Of a stretch of DNA of 64,000 bases, positions 7,249 to 16,524 are shown piece by piece. The notes beneath the pieces were generated by a model. The model was not told the DNA's origin, did not search any database, and saw only the letters and a list, made by a program, of their open reading frames with translations. The DNA is from a virus, in the IMG/VR virus record IMGVR_UViG_3300009182_000039, positions 1-64,000 of that record; one strand, given 5' to 3'. Positions within the stretch are counted from its first letter, which is position 1. Every line of letters begins with the position of its first letter. A program made the translations under genes and the position numbers.

Positions 7249-7890
7249 ATGCGTAAAATTTTTAGCCCACTGCCCAATATTAAAGTAGATATTAATCGAT
7301 TATATTCGGAGATGCTTTATTACTGGCATCCAAACCTATCGTCTAGAGCTACTAGTGCAAGTTTTACCACAGCAAAAAAATATGTAGATGATCTTAATTG
7401 TGATTTTCTTAAATATACCGGTGCCGCTTATTTGTTGTCAAAAGATTCAATGGTGATGAAGTATCCTGATGGGGAGATCGATCAGGAATTAATATATTGG
7501 CCTAAATTACTGGAAAATAGTTATATGAAAGAATTAGGTGATCGCTTTGCTAATTTATTACAAGTTAAAAATTATCGAGCTAGAGCAAGTTATATGAATA
7601 CCTATGGCCTAATAGAAGATTTCCCCGCAGGAGATCTTCATACAGATCAGCACACGCCTTATAGATTACACATAGCACTAAATACTAGTCTTGGTGTAAA
7701 ATGGAGATTTGAAAACGAAGCCGGGCTAACTCAGTATATACATCAACCAGCCGATGGAGTACCAGTATTGATAGAAACTGGAAAAACTAAACACCAAGTC
7801 ATAATCCCTAAAGATTCTATAAGAATCCATCTGTATTATCAATATTACGAAGATATTGATCAAACTTTGTTAGATAATATACTACAATGA
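7249..7890 (+). CDS. Fe(II)/2OG-type oxygenase-like protein
   Basis: HTD..TPYRLHIAL...KHQV...RIH; paralogue of 2648-3253. Confidence 0.6.
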   Translation: MRKIFSPLPNIKVDINRLYSEMLYYWHPNLSSRATSASFTTAKKYVDDLNCDFLKYTGAAYLLSKDSMVMKYPDGEIDQELIYWPKLLENSYMKELGDRFANLLQVKNYRARASYMNTYGLIEDFPAGDLHTDQHTPYRLHIALNTSLGVKWRFENEAGLTQYIHQPADGVPVLIETGKTKHQVIIPKDSIRIHLYYQYYEDIDQTLLDNILQ

Positions 7891-8507
7891 ATATAATCTG
7901 TGGTCCAGAAAATGATAAGCGTACTATCTCTATTACTCTCCCTAAACAAAAATCTCGAATAGGTATATTTGTTAGTGGCGGATTAGATAGTGCTATACTA
8001 TACTATTTGTTATTAATAGAAAATAACTTGCGTGGAAACTTTCACGAAATTATACCTATCTCTGTTATGCGTAAAGAAGGATCAAAATACTGTAGTAAAA
8101 TTGTAGCAGGCCATATCCACGGACATTTTAAATTACCCCAATTAGATCCATTAATTATGGGAGACAATACGCTACCCGAAGAAGAACAAGTAAAATCTGG
8201 AATTGAACAAGCTCTTGCTAACCAATTTGATTTAGTCTATGCTGGAGTAATTGAACAACTACCGCAACATATGGTTGGGTGGCAACCTATACCTTCACAA
8301 GAAACTAAAAAATTTAAAACTCCTTTTAAAACTCTTAATAAAAGTCATATCATAGATTTAATAAGCAAACTTAATCAAGAAACATTATTTTATATTACAC
8401 ATAGTTGCTCTGTACAAGAAATAGGCAGATGTAACTACTGTAACGGATGTAACGAACGAGCTTGGGGATTCAAGCAGTTAGGATTGTCTGATCCAGGAAC
8501 TATATAA
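7887..8507 (+). CDS. QueC-like PP-loop ATPase
   Basis: SGGLDS and C-terminal THSC...CNYCNGC.ER zinc motif. Confidence 0.7.
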   Translation: MNIICGPENDKRTISITLPKQKSRIGIFVSGGLDSAILYYLLLIENNLRGNFHEIIPISVMRKEGSKYCSKIVAGHIHGHFKLPQLDPLIMGDNTLPEEEQVKSGIEQALANQFDLVYAGVIEQLPQHMVGWQPIPSQETKKFKTPFKTLNKSHIIDLISKLNQETLFYITHSCSVQEIGRCNYCNGCNERAWGFKQLGLSDPGTI

Positions 8508-9090
8508 ATTTTGTTATTATATTAACAAGATCTCGATAATTAGCAGGCCTAGGAGTTGGTTTGGTCTTTGAATTAAATTGAATAATATCTTCATAACATA
8601 ATTCAAGATCTGTAGTAATACTCTCTACTATCTTATTAGACTCTAATATATGCTTTATACAAATATTAATCTTCTCTTCATCTAACATAATAAGATCATT
8701 TGACTGAAACTCTGTTATAGATTTTTCAAACTGTGATAAGTTATTCCTGTTTTCTCCCCAATACACCCAAACATTTCTTATTAGTGCAATGTAGTAGCTA
8801 GCTATTTGTTCAACTATATCTTTGCGACTGAGTTTAATTTTAAAATTTTGATCAGCAAAAATATACTCTGTAAGAGTTGCTGGATAGGTAGGTATGTGAT
8901 CTACTATTATTTTTAAAACATGTTTATTTTTAGATTGTTCAATAAATTGTTCTAGTTGAAAATCTGGCGCTGGCTCGCTATAGTACAACACACCTGGATT
9001 AGAATTTGCAATATGATAACCAATTGCGTTACTTCCTGTTCTGGGACTAGCAAATATAACTACTGGATATTTTGTAATATTAATATTCAT
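8500..9090 (-). CDS. Sulfotransferase-like P-loop protein
   Basis: SPRTGS 5'-PSB-like motif, L.RKD..EQIAS, YED. Confidence 0.6.
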   Translation of the reverse strand: MNINITKYPVVIFASPRTGSNAIGYHIANSNPGVLYYSEPAPDFQLEQFIEQSKNKHVLKIIVDHIPTYPATLTEYIFADQNFKIKLSRKDIVEQIASYYIALIRNVWVYWGENRNNLSQFEKSITEFQSNDLIMLDEEKINICIKHILESNKIVESITTDLELCYEDIIQFNSKTKPTPRPANYRDLVNIITKFI

Positions 9091-9135
9091 TTAACCAAAA
9101 ATCGTATTTGTTTAATAATTCTTTATATAACTTAT

Positions 9136-9669
9136 TCATTTGTGTATAGATAAATCTGGTGTAAAGCGTACACTAAGAATCATTCTAGTGTGATTAGAAA
9201 AATTTGTTACGCTATGTGGAGTATCAATGTCTACAACCATCGGGCAATCAACTTTAACAATTTTTGCTAGATTAGGACCGTGATGCCAAATTATATCTAA
9301 ATATGCTAGCCCACGATTATCTTCTGTTTTTAAAGTATAGGCGCCGTCATACCAAAACATTTCAGCATCGCTTGATGTAATAGGAATATTTACAGCCCAG
9401 TTTGGGTGACCTTCCCTATTAGGTTTTATTCCATCAACATGAATTATTCCTCTTAACTTAGGCGGCTGAATAAAAATTATTGCGTTAGCAACTTTATGTT
9501 CTAATTTAGTAAATGCGTTGACATCGGATAAAATCTGTTCTGCTATCCAATTTCTTTCATCGGCAGATAATACTATGCTCCGTTTATTATGAGCAATTAA
9601 TTCTTTATCTTTGAACTTATCTTGTATAATTTTCCAGTTAGATATAGTAATTGGCTGTGTATATTTCAT
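9136..9669 (-). CDS. Fe(II)/2OG-type oxygenase-like protein
   Basis: IHVDG...AVNIPI...PHSVTN...RMILSVR. Confidence 0.65.
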   Translation of the reverse strand: MKYTQPITISNWKIIQDKFKDKELIAHNKRSIVLSADERNWIAEQILSDVNAFTKLEHKVANAIIFIQPPKLRGIIHVDGIKPNREGHPNWAVNIPITSSDAEMFWYDGAYTLKTEDNRGLAYLDIIWHHGPNLAKIVKVDCPMVVDIDTPHSVTNFSNHTRMILSVRFTPDLSIHK

Positions 9670-9814
9670 AATATATAATCTTTAAAAATTTCAAGTGATT
9701 CTTGCATAGTAACTCGTTCGCGGGTTGATTTATGTTTAAAAACTCTATTACCGATAAGTTAGTGTTAAAAAGAGGCAACCCTAAGTTAAGATCTACACAA
9801 TATTCATTTATCAT
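9666..9814 (-). pseudogene. Internally deleted gene remnant
   Basis: N-terminal frame MINEYCVDLNLGLPLF... joined out of frame to ...VFKHKSTRERVTMQESLEIFKDYIL*, whose TGA overlaps the next ATG. Confidence 0.55.
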
Positions 9815-10388
9815 GATAAGTTATATTAGGTATCGGGGGAAGCGAGAAATCAGTTCGGTTACTCCACGGTAATAATCTAATACTTATACCTATAGCCACT
9901 TCGTCACTAGTATTGGTAAGATTATGCCACTGAGCCACATTAGATATAAACGGTGTTGTACAAAAGATATCTTGCAATGGTCTAGTATCTTTTAATTTTA
10001 TACTAGGTACTGCGTTAAATTTTTTCTTTTCACTGTAGTTAAATATAGCATCTGGGTTAACAACTTTGTGCCAAAACCATTTTAATTTATCGCAATTTTT
10101 CAAAGGTAACATAAGAGTTTGATTTATAAGTAAATCTGCTGGCATATCTTTACGATTATCCGAATGAATAACAATTGATGAATTTGGCAGGAAATATACT
10201 AATAATATGTTATGCCCATCATAGGTTGATTTATCTACTCGTAGTAATTCAAAAATTTGTTGCTGGATATGCTCGTCTAATCTTCCCACAAATCCTATTT
10301 TTGGATTAGGAATATCTGGAGGATCAATTAATTTTAAAATTTTATCTATCGGAGGATCAATCCAAGTTACTGGTTTATGTAGTTCCAT
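9804..10388 (-). CDS. Fe(II)/2OG-type oxygenase-like protein
   Basis: IHSD...WHNLTN...ISIR; start reassigned to ATG 10388 after TAAATA. Confidence 0.6.
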   Translation of the reverse strand: MELHKPVTWIDPPIDKILKLIDPPDIPNPKIGFVGRLDEHIQQQIFELLRVDKSTYDGHNILLVYFLPNSSIVIHSDNRKDMPADLLINQTLMLPLKNCDKLKWFWHKVVNPDAIFNYSEKKKFNAVPSIKLKDTRPLQDIFCTTPFISNVAQWHNLTNTSDEVAIGISIRLLPWSNRTDFSLPPIPNITYHDK

Positions 10389-10432
10389 AGAAATATTTAT
10401 TATAAATATTTTCATGGTAAAAGATAAAAAAC

Positions 10433-10461
10433 TTGACTAATATTAATTTTTATAGTATAAT
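10433..10461 (+). promoter_or_regulatory. Sigma70 promoter
   Basis: TTGACT-N17-TATAAT. Confidence 0.8.
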
Positions 10462-10485
10462 ATATGTAACTTGAAAGGAATCATT

Positions 10486-10656
10486 ATGGCAAAAACACCA
10501 AAACAACAAACTGCTACCGATTTACAACGCACCTTAGCTGGTCAATGGAGTAAAACAGAAAAACGAGCAGAAGCAAGTCGCCAGATCATGGCCAGCAAGA
10601 AAAAAACACACGAAATTAATAAAGCCTTCCGTAACGCACAAATTTTAGCAAGATAA
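10486..10656 (+). CDS. Small basic protein
   Basis: SD AAGGAA, ATG 10486. Confidence 0.65.
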   Translation: MAKTPKQQTATDLQRTLAGQWSKTEKRAEASRQIMASKKKTHEINKAFRNAQILAR

Positions 10657-10675
10657 CCAACCATAAAGGTATAAT

Positions 10676-10975
10676 ATGAAACTAGTAGCTCAATCGCCAA
10701 CTGGCGATAAAATTGTTCCACGCTTAGTCCAATCTAAATATGATCCAACTAGTACAGTAGGCCGCACTTCGGAAGCGGCAGCCAAAGTAGTTGGACGCTA
10801 CGAACTAATTGCGATTGGTGCGGCTCGTATCCGTGAACTTCGGTCAGGTCATGCTAAACGAGTTCCATCAACATACGGCGACCTAGTCACAGTATTATTG
10901 GAAATTGAAGCTGGCGAGATTGATGCTGGCGAATATTTGTTAAAATCTACAGCGCCACCAAAGCGTTACAAGTAA
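10676..10975 (+). CDS. rpoZ: RNA polymerase omega subunit homologue
   Basis: RYELIAIGAARIRELRSG...VTVLLEIEAGEI aligns with omega consensus RFDLVLVAARRARQM...VIALREIEEG. Confidence 0.75.
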   Translation: MKLVAQSPTGDKIVPRLVQSKYDPTSTVGRTSEAAAKVVGRYELIAIGAARIRELRSGHAKRVPSTYGDLVTVLLEIEAGEIDAGEYLLKSTAPPKRYK

Positions 10976-10986
10976 AAAAGTATTAC

Positions 10987-11079
10987 GGAGAGCTGGCCGA
11001 GCGGTCGAAGGCACCCGCCTACTAAGCGGGCATGGATCTAAACAGTCCATCTGGGGTTCGAATCCCTAGCTCTCCGCCA
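10987..11079 (+). tRNA. tRNA-Ser(ACT), rare A34 anticodon
   Basis: CCCGC-CT-ACT-AA-GCGGG, long variable arm, G73, CCA. Confidence 0.88.
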
Positions 11080-11136
11080 AGAATTTTTGCCCGGTATATG
11101 ACCATTAATAAGTAAAATTACAACAAAGGAATACAC

Positions 11137-11376
11137 ATGGCAACCAAAGGTGGAAATCAAAAATCTCATAAATCAGATCCAATGCGTACCAAGAACGGTA
11201 AAGAGCGATTGGGTCCGTTAAATATTAGCCAATTAGAAAAATTATTATCTAATGCCCGTAAAAAAAATGTCGCTAAAATTCATCGTAGAATTAATGAATT
11301 AAAAAGTCGACCAGGATTCGTCAAAGCAGTTGAAGTATCTGCAGCAGAAGCCGCAGTGGTGGAGTCGTTGCTGTAA
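11137..11376 (+). CDS. Small basic hypothetical protein
   Basis: SD AAGGAA; 79 aa. Confidence 0.7.
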   Translation: MATKGGNQKSHKSDPMRTKNGKERLGPLNISQLEKLLSNARKKNVAKIHRRINELKSRPGFVKAVEVSAAEAAVVESLL

Positions 11377-11390
11377 AGTAGTAAATCTGT

Positions 11391-11463
11391 GCCCTTATAG
11401 CTCAGTTGGTAGAGCACCGGTTTTGTAAACCGGTTGTCCCGTGTTCGAATCATGGTGGGGGCA
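11391..11463 (+). tRNA. tRNA-Thr(TGT)
   Basis: CCGGT-TTTGTAA-ACCGG; GCCCTTA/TGGGGGC-A; CCA displaced by 2 nt. Confidence 0.9.
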
Positions 11464-11475
11464 TACCAGTATTAT

Positions 11476-11551
11476 TCCGGTCAAGCAAACACGGTGTAGG
11501 CGGTGGACTATTAATCCATGAAGCCTGGTTCGATTCCAGGGACCGGAGCCA
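11476..11551 (+). tRNA. tRNA-Asn(ATT), rare A34 anticodon
   Basis: GTGGA-CT-ATT-AA-TCCAT; TCCGGTC/GACCGGA-GCCA Asn-type acceptor. Confidence 0.85.
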
Positions 11552-11558
11552 AAAATAT

Positions 11559-11876
11559 ATGACAACTAAGAAAAATATAGACCCGGGTAGACCAATAAGT
11601 CGCCCAATGGCCCCAATAACAACTGATACCAATTGGGGTAAGCAATTAACTAAAGCCGAATGGAAAAAGTTAATGAAAAAGTTAGACGCTAAGAAAAAGG
11701 AAAGAGAAATGTCAAAATTATCAGACACACTAGCCAAAGCATTGGCAAAGAAACAAGGCAAGACTCACGTAGACGGCAGTGATGCTGGCGCTACGGTAGA
11801 AAAAAAATCTAAAGTTAAACCTTCAGCTGGCCCGGCTAAAAAACCGCCTACTCGTAGTGCTGGACGAGGTCGTTAA
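11559..11876 (+). CDS. Lys-rich basic protein (possible internal start MSKLSD at 11709)
   Basis: Track ORF 11406 trimmed to first ATG after tRNAs. Confidence 0.6.
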   Translation: MTTKKNIDPGRPISRPMAPITTDTNWGKQLTKAEWKKLMKKLDAKKKEREMSKLSDTLAKALAKKQGKTHVDGSDAGATVEKKSKVKPSAGPAKKPPTRSAGRGR

Positions 11877-12473
11877 TTATAATCCAAATAATGTTTTTTT
11901 AGCGTCATTGAAATAAAAAGATGCAGGATTGGTTATTCGTAGTGTTAGTACCATTCGTCGATTAGTGGATTGTCTATTATCAAAATCATGCCAGATATCC
12001 GTATTAAATAAAATACATTCGTTAGGTTTAGCCGTCATCGATTTAACTGGAGTATGTTTAGTTTTATCAAATCCGACAGCTTCTCTAGACGCATTTTCCC
12101 AATTAAGCCCTGTAATAGGGTAGTTAGACAAATCATTATCACTGTACCAATTAGTTACGCATTTATCATCTAAAATTTCTACGGTATAATTTAAACTTAT
12201 CCTATTATCACAACCATCTTTGTGTGCGCGGTAATATCTGCCGCCTTTAGTAACAAACATAGATGCCCTATTCTGTTGTAGAGCTAGACTCTGCGACAAT
12301 GGTGTAATAGCTAATATCTCTTGACGAATTTCTGGAGGGAATTTATAATGAGTAAATGTTTTTTCCAAATCTACCCCGTTCATGCCTTGTTTACAAATAT
12401 TGATAATCTTATCAAGACCATCGTGCGTGAATCTAATATAGTAAGGGCTACAATCTTCAATTACGGTGTACAT
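11877..12473 (-). CDS. Fe(II)/2OG-type oxygenase-like protein
   Basis: AHKDG...ISLN...WHDFDN...RMVLTLR. Confidence 0.65.
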   Translation of the reverse strand: MYTVIEDCSPYYIRFTHDGLDKIINICKQGMNGVDLEKTFTHYKFPPEIRQEILAITPLSQSLALQQNRASMFVTKGGRYYRAHKDGCDNRISLNYTVEILDDKCVTNWYSDNDLSNYPITGLNWENASREAVGFDKTKHTPVKSMTAKPNECILFNTDIWHDFDNRQSTNRRMVLTLRITNPASFYFNDAKKTLFGL

Positions 12474-12491
12474 CCAATATTTATTAGGTAG

Positions 12492-12520
12492 TTGACTAGG
12501 AATTGATATTCAGCTATACT
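12492..12520 (+). promoter_or_regulatory. Sigma70 promoter
   Basis: TTGACT-N17-TATACT. Confidence 0.7.
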
Positions 12521-12526
12521 AACATT

Positions 12527-12706
12527 ATGATTAAATTAGAAGAAGCCTGTGAAACCATTTATCATTTTGCCGAAGCTAATCAAACCGATCCGCTTACGGG
12601 TATTGAACTTATGGTTAAGTATTTTAAGCAATTAAACCCAAAAGAACGGCAATCTTTGGTGGTTTTTATGGATGCAACTAAGGTAGTTGACAAAGAATTG
12701 ATTTAA
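12527..12706 (+). CDS. Small hypothetical protein
   Basis: ATG 6 nt after -10 box. Confidence 0.6.
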   Translation: MIKLEEACETIYHFAEANQTDPLTGIELMVKYFKQLNPKERQSLVVFMDATKVVDKELI

Positions 12707-12715
12707 TCGTATAAT
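12687..12715 (+). promoter_or_regulatory. Consensus sigma70 promoter
   Basis: TTGACA-N17-TATAAT. Confidence 0.88.
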
Positions 12716-12769
12716 AGCACTTATAGTAGTATTTTTATTATAGTTTAACTTTAAAAGGAAACACAGCCC

Positions 12770-13855
12770 ATGTCAGAAACAAGACAAGTCACCACTGTAC
12801 AAGCCAAACGTAGTTTACTCAAGGCTTTTAATCATAAGCGTCCATTATTTTTATGGGGCCCTCCAGGAATTGGTAAGTCAGAATTAGTAGCCGACATTGC
12901 CAAAGAACTAGGCGGTTATATGATTGACCTTCGCTTAGGTCAAATGGAGCCCACAGACATTCGTGGTATCCCGTTTTATAATAAAGAAGTCGGTAAAATG
13001 GATTGGGCAGAGCCAATTGATTTGCCAGATGAAGAACTAGCTAGTCAGTATCCAATCGTAGTATTGTTTATGGACGAGATGAATAGTGCGGCTCCTAGTG
13101 TACAGGCGGCGGCTTATCAGCTAATTTTGAATCGTCGTATTGGCAAATATAAACTGCCAGACAATGTTGTAATGGTTGCCGCTGGCAATCGTGAGTCGGA
13201 CAAAGGTGTTACATATCGTATGCCTACTCCACTGGCTAATCGTTTTATTCACCAAGAGATGAAAGTAGACTTTGCTTCTTGGCAAGATTGGGCAGTTACT
13301 CATAATATTCACAAAGATATTATCGGTTACTTAGGCTCTAATAAACAAGACTTATACGACTTTGATCCAAAAAGTTCTAGTCGTGCTTTTGCTACTCCCC
13401 GTAGTTGGTCCTTTGTAAGCGAAATTTTGTCAGACGATGACGGTGATGAAGAAACAATTACCAATTTAATCTCTGGTACAATCGGTGAAGGCTTGGCTAT
13501 TAAATTTAATGGCCACCGTAAGATTTCGGGTCGTATGCCTAAGCCAGAAGAAATTTTGTCTGGTAAAGTAACTACCTTGGATGTCAAAGAAGTTTCAGCT
13601 ATGTACTCTTTGGTTATCAGTATGTGCTATGAACTTAAAGATGCCGTGGAGAAGAAAGTATCCGACAAAGATTTCCACACTATGTCAGATTACTTCTTTG
13701 CCTACATGATGAAAAACTTTGAAACTGAGTTAGTGGTCATGGGTGCTCGTATTGCGTTAACTGTGTACAATCTTCCATTCCAACCAACTAAGTTGAAGAA
13801 CTTTGATGAGTTCCATAAGAAGTACGGCAAGTATATTCTGTCAGCTTCGGCATAA
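12770..13855 (+). CDS. MoxR-like AAA+ ATPase
   Basis: GPPGIGKS Walker A, LFMDE Walker B, AAGN sensor, PLANRF. Confidence 0.92.
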   Translation: MSETRQVTTVQAKRSLLKAFNHKRPLFLWGPPGIGKSELVADIAKELGGYMIDLRLGQMEPTDIRGIPFYNKEVGKMDWAEPIDLPDEELASQYPIVVLFMDEMNSAAPSVQAAAYQLILNRRIGKYKLPDNVVMVAAGNRESDKGVTYRMPTPLANRFIHQEMKVDFASWQDWAVTHNIHKDIIGYLGSNKQDLYDFDPKSSSRAFATPRSWSFVSEILSDDDGDEETITNLISGTIGEGLAIKFNGHRKISGRMPKPEEILSGKVTTLDVKEVSAMYSLVISMCYELKDAVEKKVSDKDFHTMSDYFFAYMMKNFETELVVMGARIALTVYNLPFQPTKLKNFDEFHKKYGKYILSASA

Positions 13856-13863
13856 TAGCTCAC

Positions 13864-13914
13864 AGGAGGGTGGTGTAGTAGTTGTACACAGGGCTGTGTT
13901 CGCACCGCCCTCCT
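13864..13914 (+). other. GC-rich stem-loop after MoxR gene (terminator or processing structure)
   Basis: AGGAGGGTGGTG/CACCGCCCTCCT enclosing ACACAG/CTGTGT. Confidence 0.5.
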
Positions 13915-13935
13915 ACCTTTTATAACTTATAACTT

Positions 13936-14688
13936 ATGACTATACCTAATATTATTGTAAACTCCATACATGGGCCAATGATTGTTAATGAAAATGATCA
14001 ATATATTGGCCAGTCCATACGACAGCTAGGAGCATGGGCACAAGATGACATTGACTTAATTGCCAGTTTTTGTGATATCATACTAGACAATAAACCTAAA
14101 ATGGTATTATACGATGTTGGGGCTAACATTGGTACCCATAGTATAGCATTGGCTAAGAAATATGGCAATCGTATCTCTATTAGATCATTTGAAGCACAAA
14201 GACAAATATACTATATGCTTTGTGGCAATGTTGCTATAAATGGGCTAGACAATATTATCTGTGAATATCTTGCTGTAAGTGATAGGCCCGATGAAACTAT
14301 CGACATAGCATTACCTGATTATAATACTGTTAATAATTTTGGCGGTGTGGAGTTGATCAAAGCTGAACACAGTGATAATCAAAATATGATTAAACCTAAT
14401 ACCGAATCCGTAGTAACCTGTACTCTAGACGACTTTGAAGAAGCTGTTGATTTTATCAAGATGGATGTAGAAGGTATGGAGCATTTGGCATTAGAAGGCG
14501 CCAGGCAACTATTAGCCAAACACAGGCCTGTTTGCTTTGTGGAAATAATGAAAACAGATCAAAATCGTGTTCGGCAAATATTTAAAGAACTTAACTATAT
14601 TGCCTATGCGTATAAACAAGATGATTGGATCTTTTGCCCAGCAGAAGGTGATTTTGAATTAAATGGAGTTAGTACCGTTGATTTATGA
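13936..14688 (+). CDS. FkbM-family SAM methyltransferase
   Basis: DVGANIG and IKMDVEG.E motifs. Confidence 0.9.
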   Translation: MTIPNIIVNSIHGPMIVNENDQYIGQSIRQLGAWAQDDIDLIASFCDIILDNKPKMVLYDVGANIGTHSIALAKKYGNRISIRSFEAQRQIYYMLCGNVAINGLDNIICEYLAVSDRPDETIDIALPDYNTVNNFGGVELIKAEHSDNQNMIKPNTESVVTCTLDDFEEAVDFIKMDVEGMEHLALEGARQLLAKHRPVCFVEIMKTDQNRVRQIFKELNYIAYAYKQDDWIFCPAEGDFELNGVSTVDL

Positions 14689-14926
14689 TTTGAATCCTAT
14701 TAATAATGAGCATTTTAAATATAATATTAAAATACCCATGATGCTTGATTTTCATCGTGTAAGACAATGGTTATCGGTTACTTATGGCTATAGCGATATA
14801 TTAGATGACGATAATCCTGCTAATGAGCATTGGGCATTTATAATTAGGTTAACCAGTAATGTAGTTTATTTAAAAGGCGAAAAAGAAGTTGCTTGGTTTA
14901 AAATTAAGTACGGTGAGTCATTATGA
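14663..14926 (+). CDS. Small phage protein, FxLKW-like family
   Basis: Ends EKEVAWFKIKYG. Confidence 0.65.
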   Translation: MELVPLIYDLNPINNEHFKYNIKIPMMLDFHRVRQWLSVTYGYSDILDDDNPANEHWAFIIRLTSNVVYLKGEKEVAWFKIKYGESL

Positions 14927-15195
14927 ATTACTACTACGAAGTTCCCGAAGGTACTAGTGTACTTGGTCGACCAGGTGGCGGCTACTATTACCAAGCTCAT
15001 TGTAGTCCAGCACAAGGTGGCAGTCTAAATCATCTTGTACATAATCAAGCAGTAAATGTCAGCACCCGAGTATGGTTAGAAAATGCCAATGGAGTTACAC
15101 TGGTCAAAGCGCCGCCTAATGATACCAGTTATGGGCGAATTGACGCACGAGAATTTGTCATGGTAAAACTTAGAGCTAGGAATTTAGTGGGATGA
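14923..15195 (+). CDS. Hypothetical protein
   Basis: ATGA-coupled ORF. Confidence 0.65.
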   Translation: MNYYYEVPEGTSVLGRPGGGYYYQAHCSPAQGGSLNHLVHNQAVNVSTRVWLENANGVTLVKAPPNDTSYGRIDAREFVMVKLRARNLVG

Positions 15196-15437
15196 TTTGT
15201 CGCCCGGGCACTCCAGCTCAATTAAAGTCTAATAGATTTCAATTAACTATTAACCCTATGAGTGGATCACCGGGGCTAATGGTCTTGGATCATATGTACT
15301 GGATAGAAAACGAACGAGAAATACTTAATTGGATGAATGAAACATTGCCGCAAGGTGTCGATCATATTGAAGGTATGACTATCCGGTTTAATAATGATTT
15401 TGATCGTATTAACTTTTTAATGAAGTGGGGGCCATGA
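15192..15437 (+). CDS. Small phage protein, FxLKW family
   Basis: Ends FNNDFDRINFLMKWGP. Confidence 0.7.
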   Translation: MICRPGTPAQLKSNRFQLTINPMSGSPGLMVLDHMYWIENEREILNWMNETLPQGVDHIEGMTIRFNNDFDRINFLMKWGP

Positions 15438-15823
15438 TGGATAGAGACTTACAGGAGGATATGAAAAATTCTTCCTGGTTTATGGAAAAAATTAAAGAAG
15501 ATCGCTATGCCCAAAATATCTATGCCGCATTGTGTAATATGCGTTGGCAATCGCAAGATGTTTGGCCTGTACTTAAAGATGAGTACTGGACTTGTTCTTG
15601 GCGTAGTGCCGGTGGTATCGTAGCTGAATTACAAGGACACGGTGACTATTTAAATTGGTATTGCTCAGGTATAGGCGGGCTGGCTACATATAACGGAGAA
15701 GAAGGCGAACAAACTATGTTGGCTAAGAAACATGTTCCCGAAGGTACTGTTACAGATGAAGTGGCCGAAGATTTATTAAAATTAGGATGGGCGCCAAGTC
15801 CTTGGCCTGATGACAAACAATAA
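15434..15823 (+). CDS. Hypothetical phage protein
   Basis: YAQNIYAALCN...CSWRSAGGIVA...DYLNWYCSG; coupled ORF. Confidence 0.75.
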   Translation: MMDRDLQEDMKNSSWFMEKIKEDRYAQNIYAALCNMRWQSQDVWPVLKDEYWTCSWRSAGGIVAELQGHGDYLNWYCSGIGGLATYNGEEGEQTMLAKKHVPEGTVTDEVAEDLLKLGWAPSPWPDDKQ

Positions 15824-16073
15824 CCTTTATTCTAATACAGCCGCAAGATTAAATACTATCATAGGAGATAGTAAAACTATTTGGCTTCAAATTATATCCG
15901 CAAAAAGAGAGTTTGATACTACTACTCATCCACAGATTGAGTTTTATTCTTGGCTTGATCAAAACTACGGGGTTAAATTAAAATTAACACCTAATGGTGA
16001 AATGAGTTTGGAAAATGATATTACCGATGAGCAAAAATATCTTCTTTTTATGTTAAAGCATAGTAGCAAATGA
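15810..16073 (+). CDS. Small phage protein, FxLKW-like family
   Basis: Ends DEQKYLLFMLKH. Confidence 0.65.
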   Translation: MTNNNLYSNTAARLNTIIGDSKTIWLQIISAKREFDTTTHPQIEFYSWLDQNYGVKLKLTPNGEMSLENDITDEQKYLLFMLKHSSK

Positions 16074-16303
16074 GATTTAACAAAAAATATAGCCAGCCAA
16101 TGTTGGATAACTTAGTTGAAACCCGTGGGTGGGGTAAGATTAAGTATCGTCCTGCTAGATTTGAATACGCTGGCGAAAATCGTAGTCCAGAAGTAGAATG
16201 GACCGAAGAGTATTGTAAAAAAGATGTACAATACCTCGATGGATGTTTTTATTTTGCAGATCCTGCCGAAGCCACAGCGTTTGCATTGGTGTGGATCAAA
16301 TGA
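16070..16303 (+). CDS. Small phage protein, FxLxW family
   Basis: Ends FADPAEATAFALVW. Confidence 0.65.
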   Translation: MRFNKKYSQPMLDNLVETRGWGKIKYRPARFEYAGENRSPEVEWTEEYCKKDVQYLDGCFYFADPAEATAFALVWIK

Positions 16304-16524
16304 TTGACTGGAGTTATTTTATTGCTCGTCTAGTTAGTGCTATTGGATCTTGGATTGATTCTAGTAACCTTAGAAACAGAGTTTATAAGATGGCCGAGGA
16401 ATCAGAAATTATGATGACTGCGTTAGAAGATATCGAACGTATGAGCAAAGAAGAACATATCAAAAAGTACGCTCGAAAAGCCATAGAAACTATTAAAGGA
16501 TTACCTGTTGAAGATACAAATTAA
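16300..16524 (+). CDS. Hypothetical protein
   Basis: Start trimmed to MIDWSYF (ATGA coupling). Confidence 0.6.
   Translation: MIDWSYFIARLVSAIGSWIDSSNLRNRVYKMAEESEIMMTALEDIERMSKEEHIKKYARKAIETIKGLPVEDTN

Noticed and set aside
7887-8507. True queC / 7-deazaguanine DNA modification pathway
   Set aside because: Only motif-level similarity; no folE, queD or dpdA recognisable in window
11019-11025. Amber suppressor (CTA) reading of the tRNA-Ser loop and stop-codon recoding
   Set aside because: 7-nt loop CT-ACT-AA centres on ACT; long ORFs are intact in code 11 and TAG terminates genes normally
11406-11558. N-terminal part of track ORF 11406-11876
   Set aside because: Runs through tRNA-Thr and tRNA-Asn; real start is later
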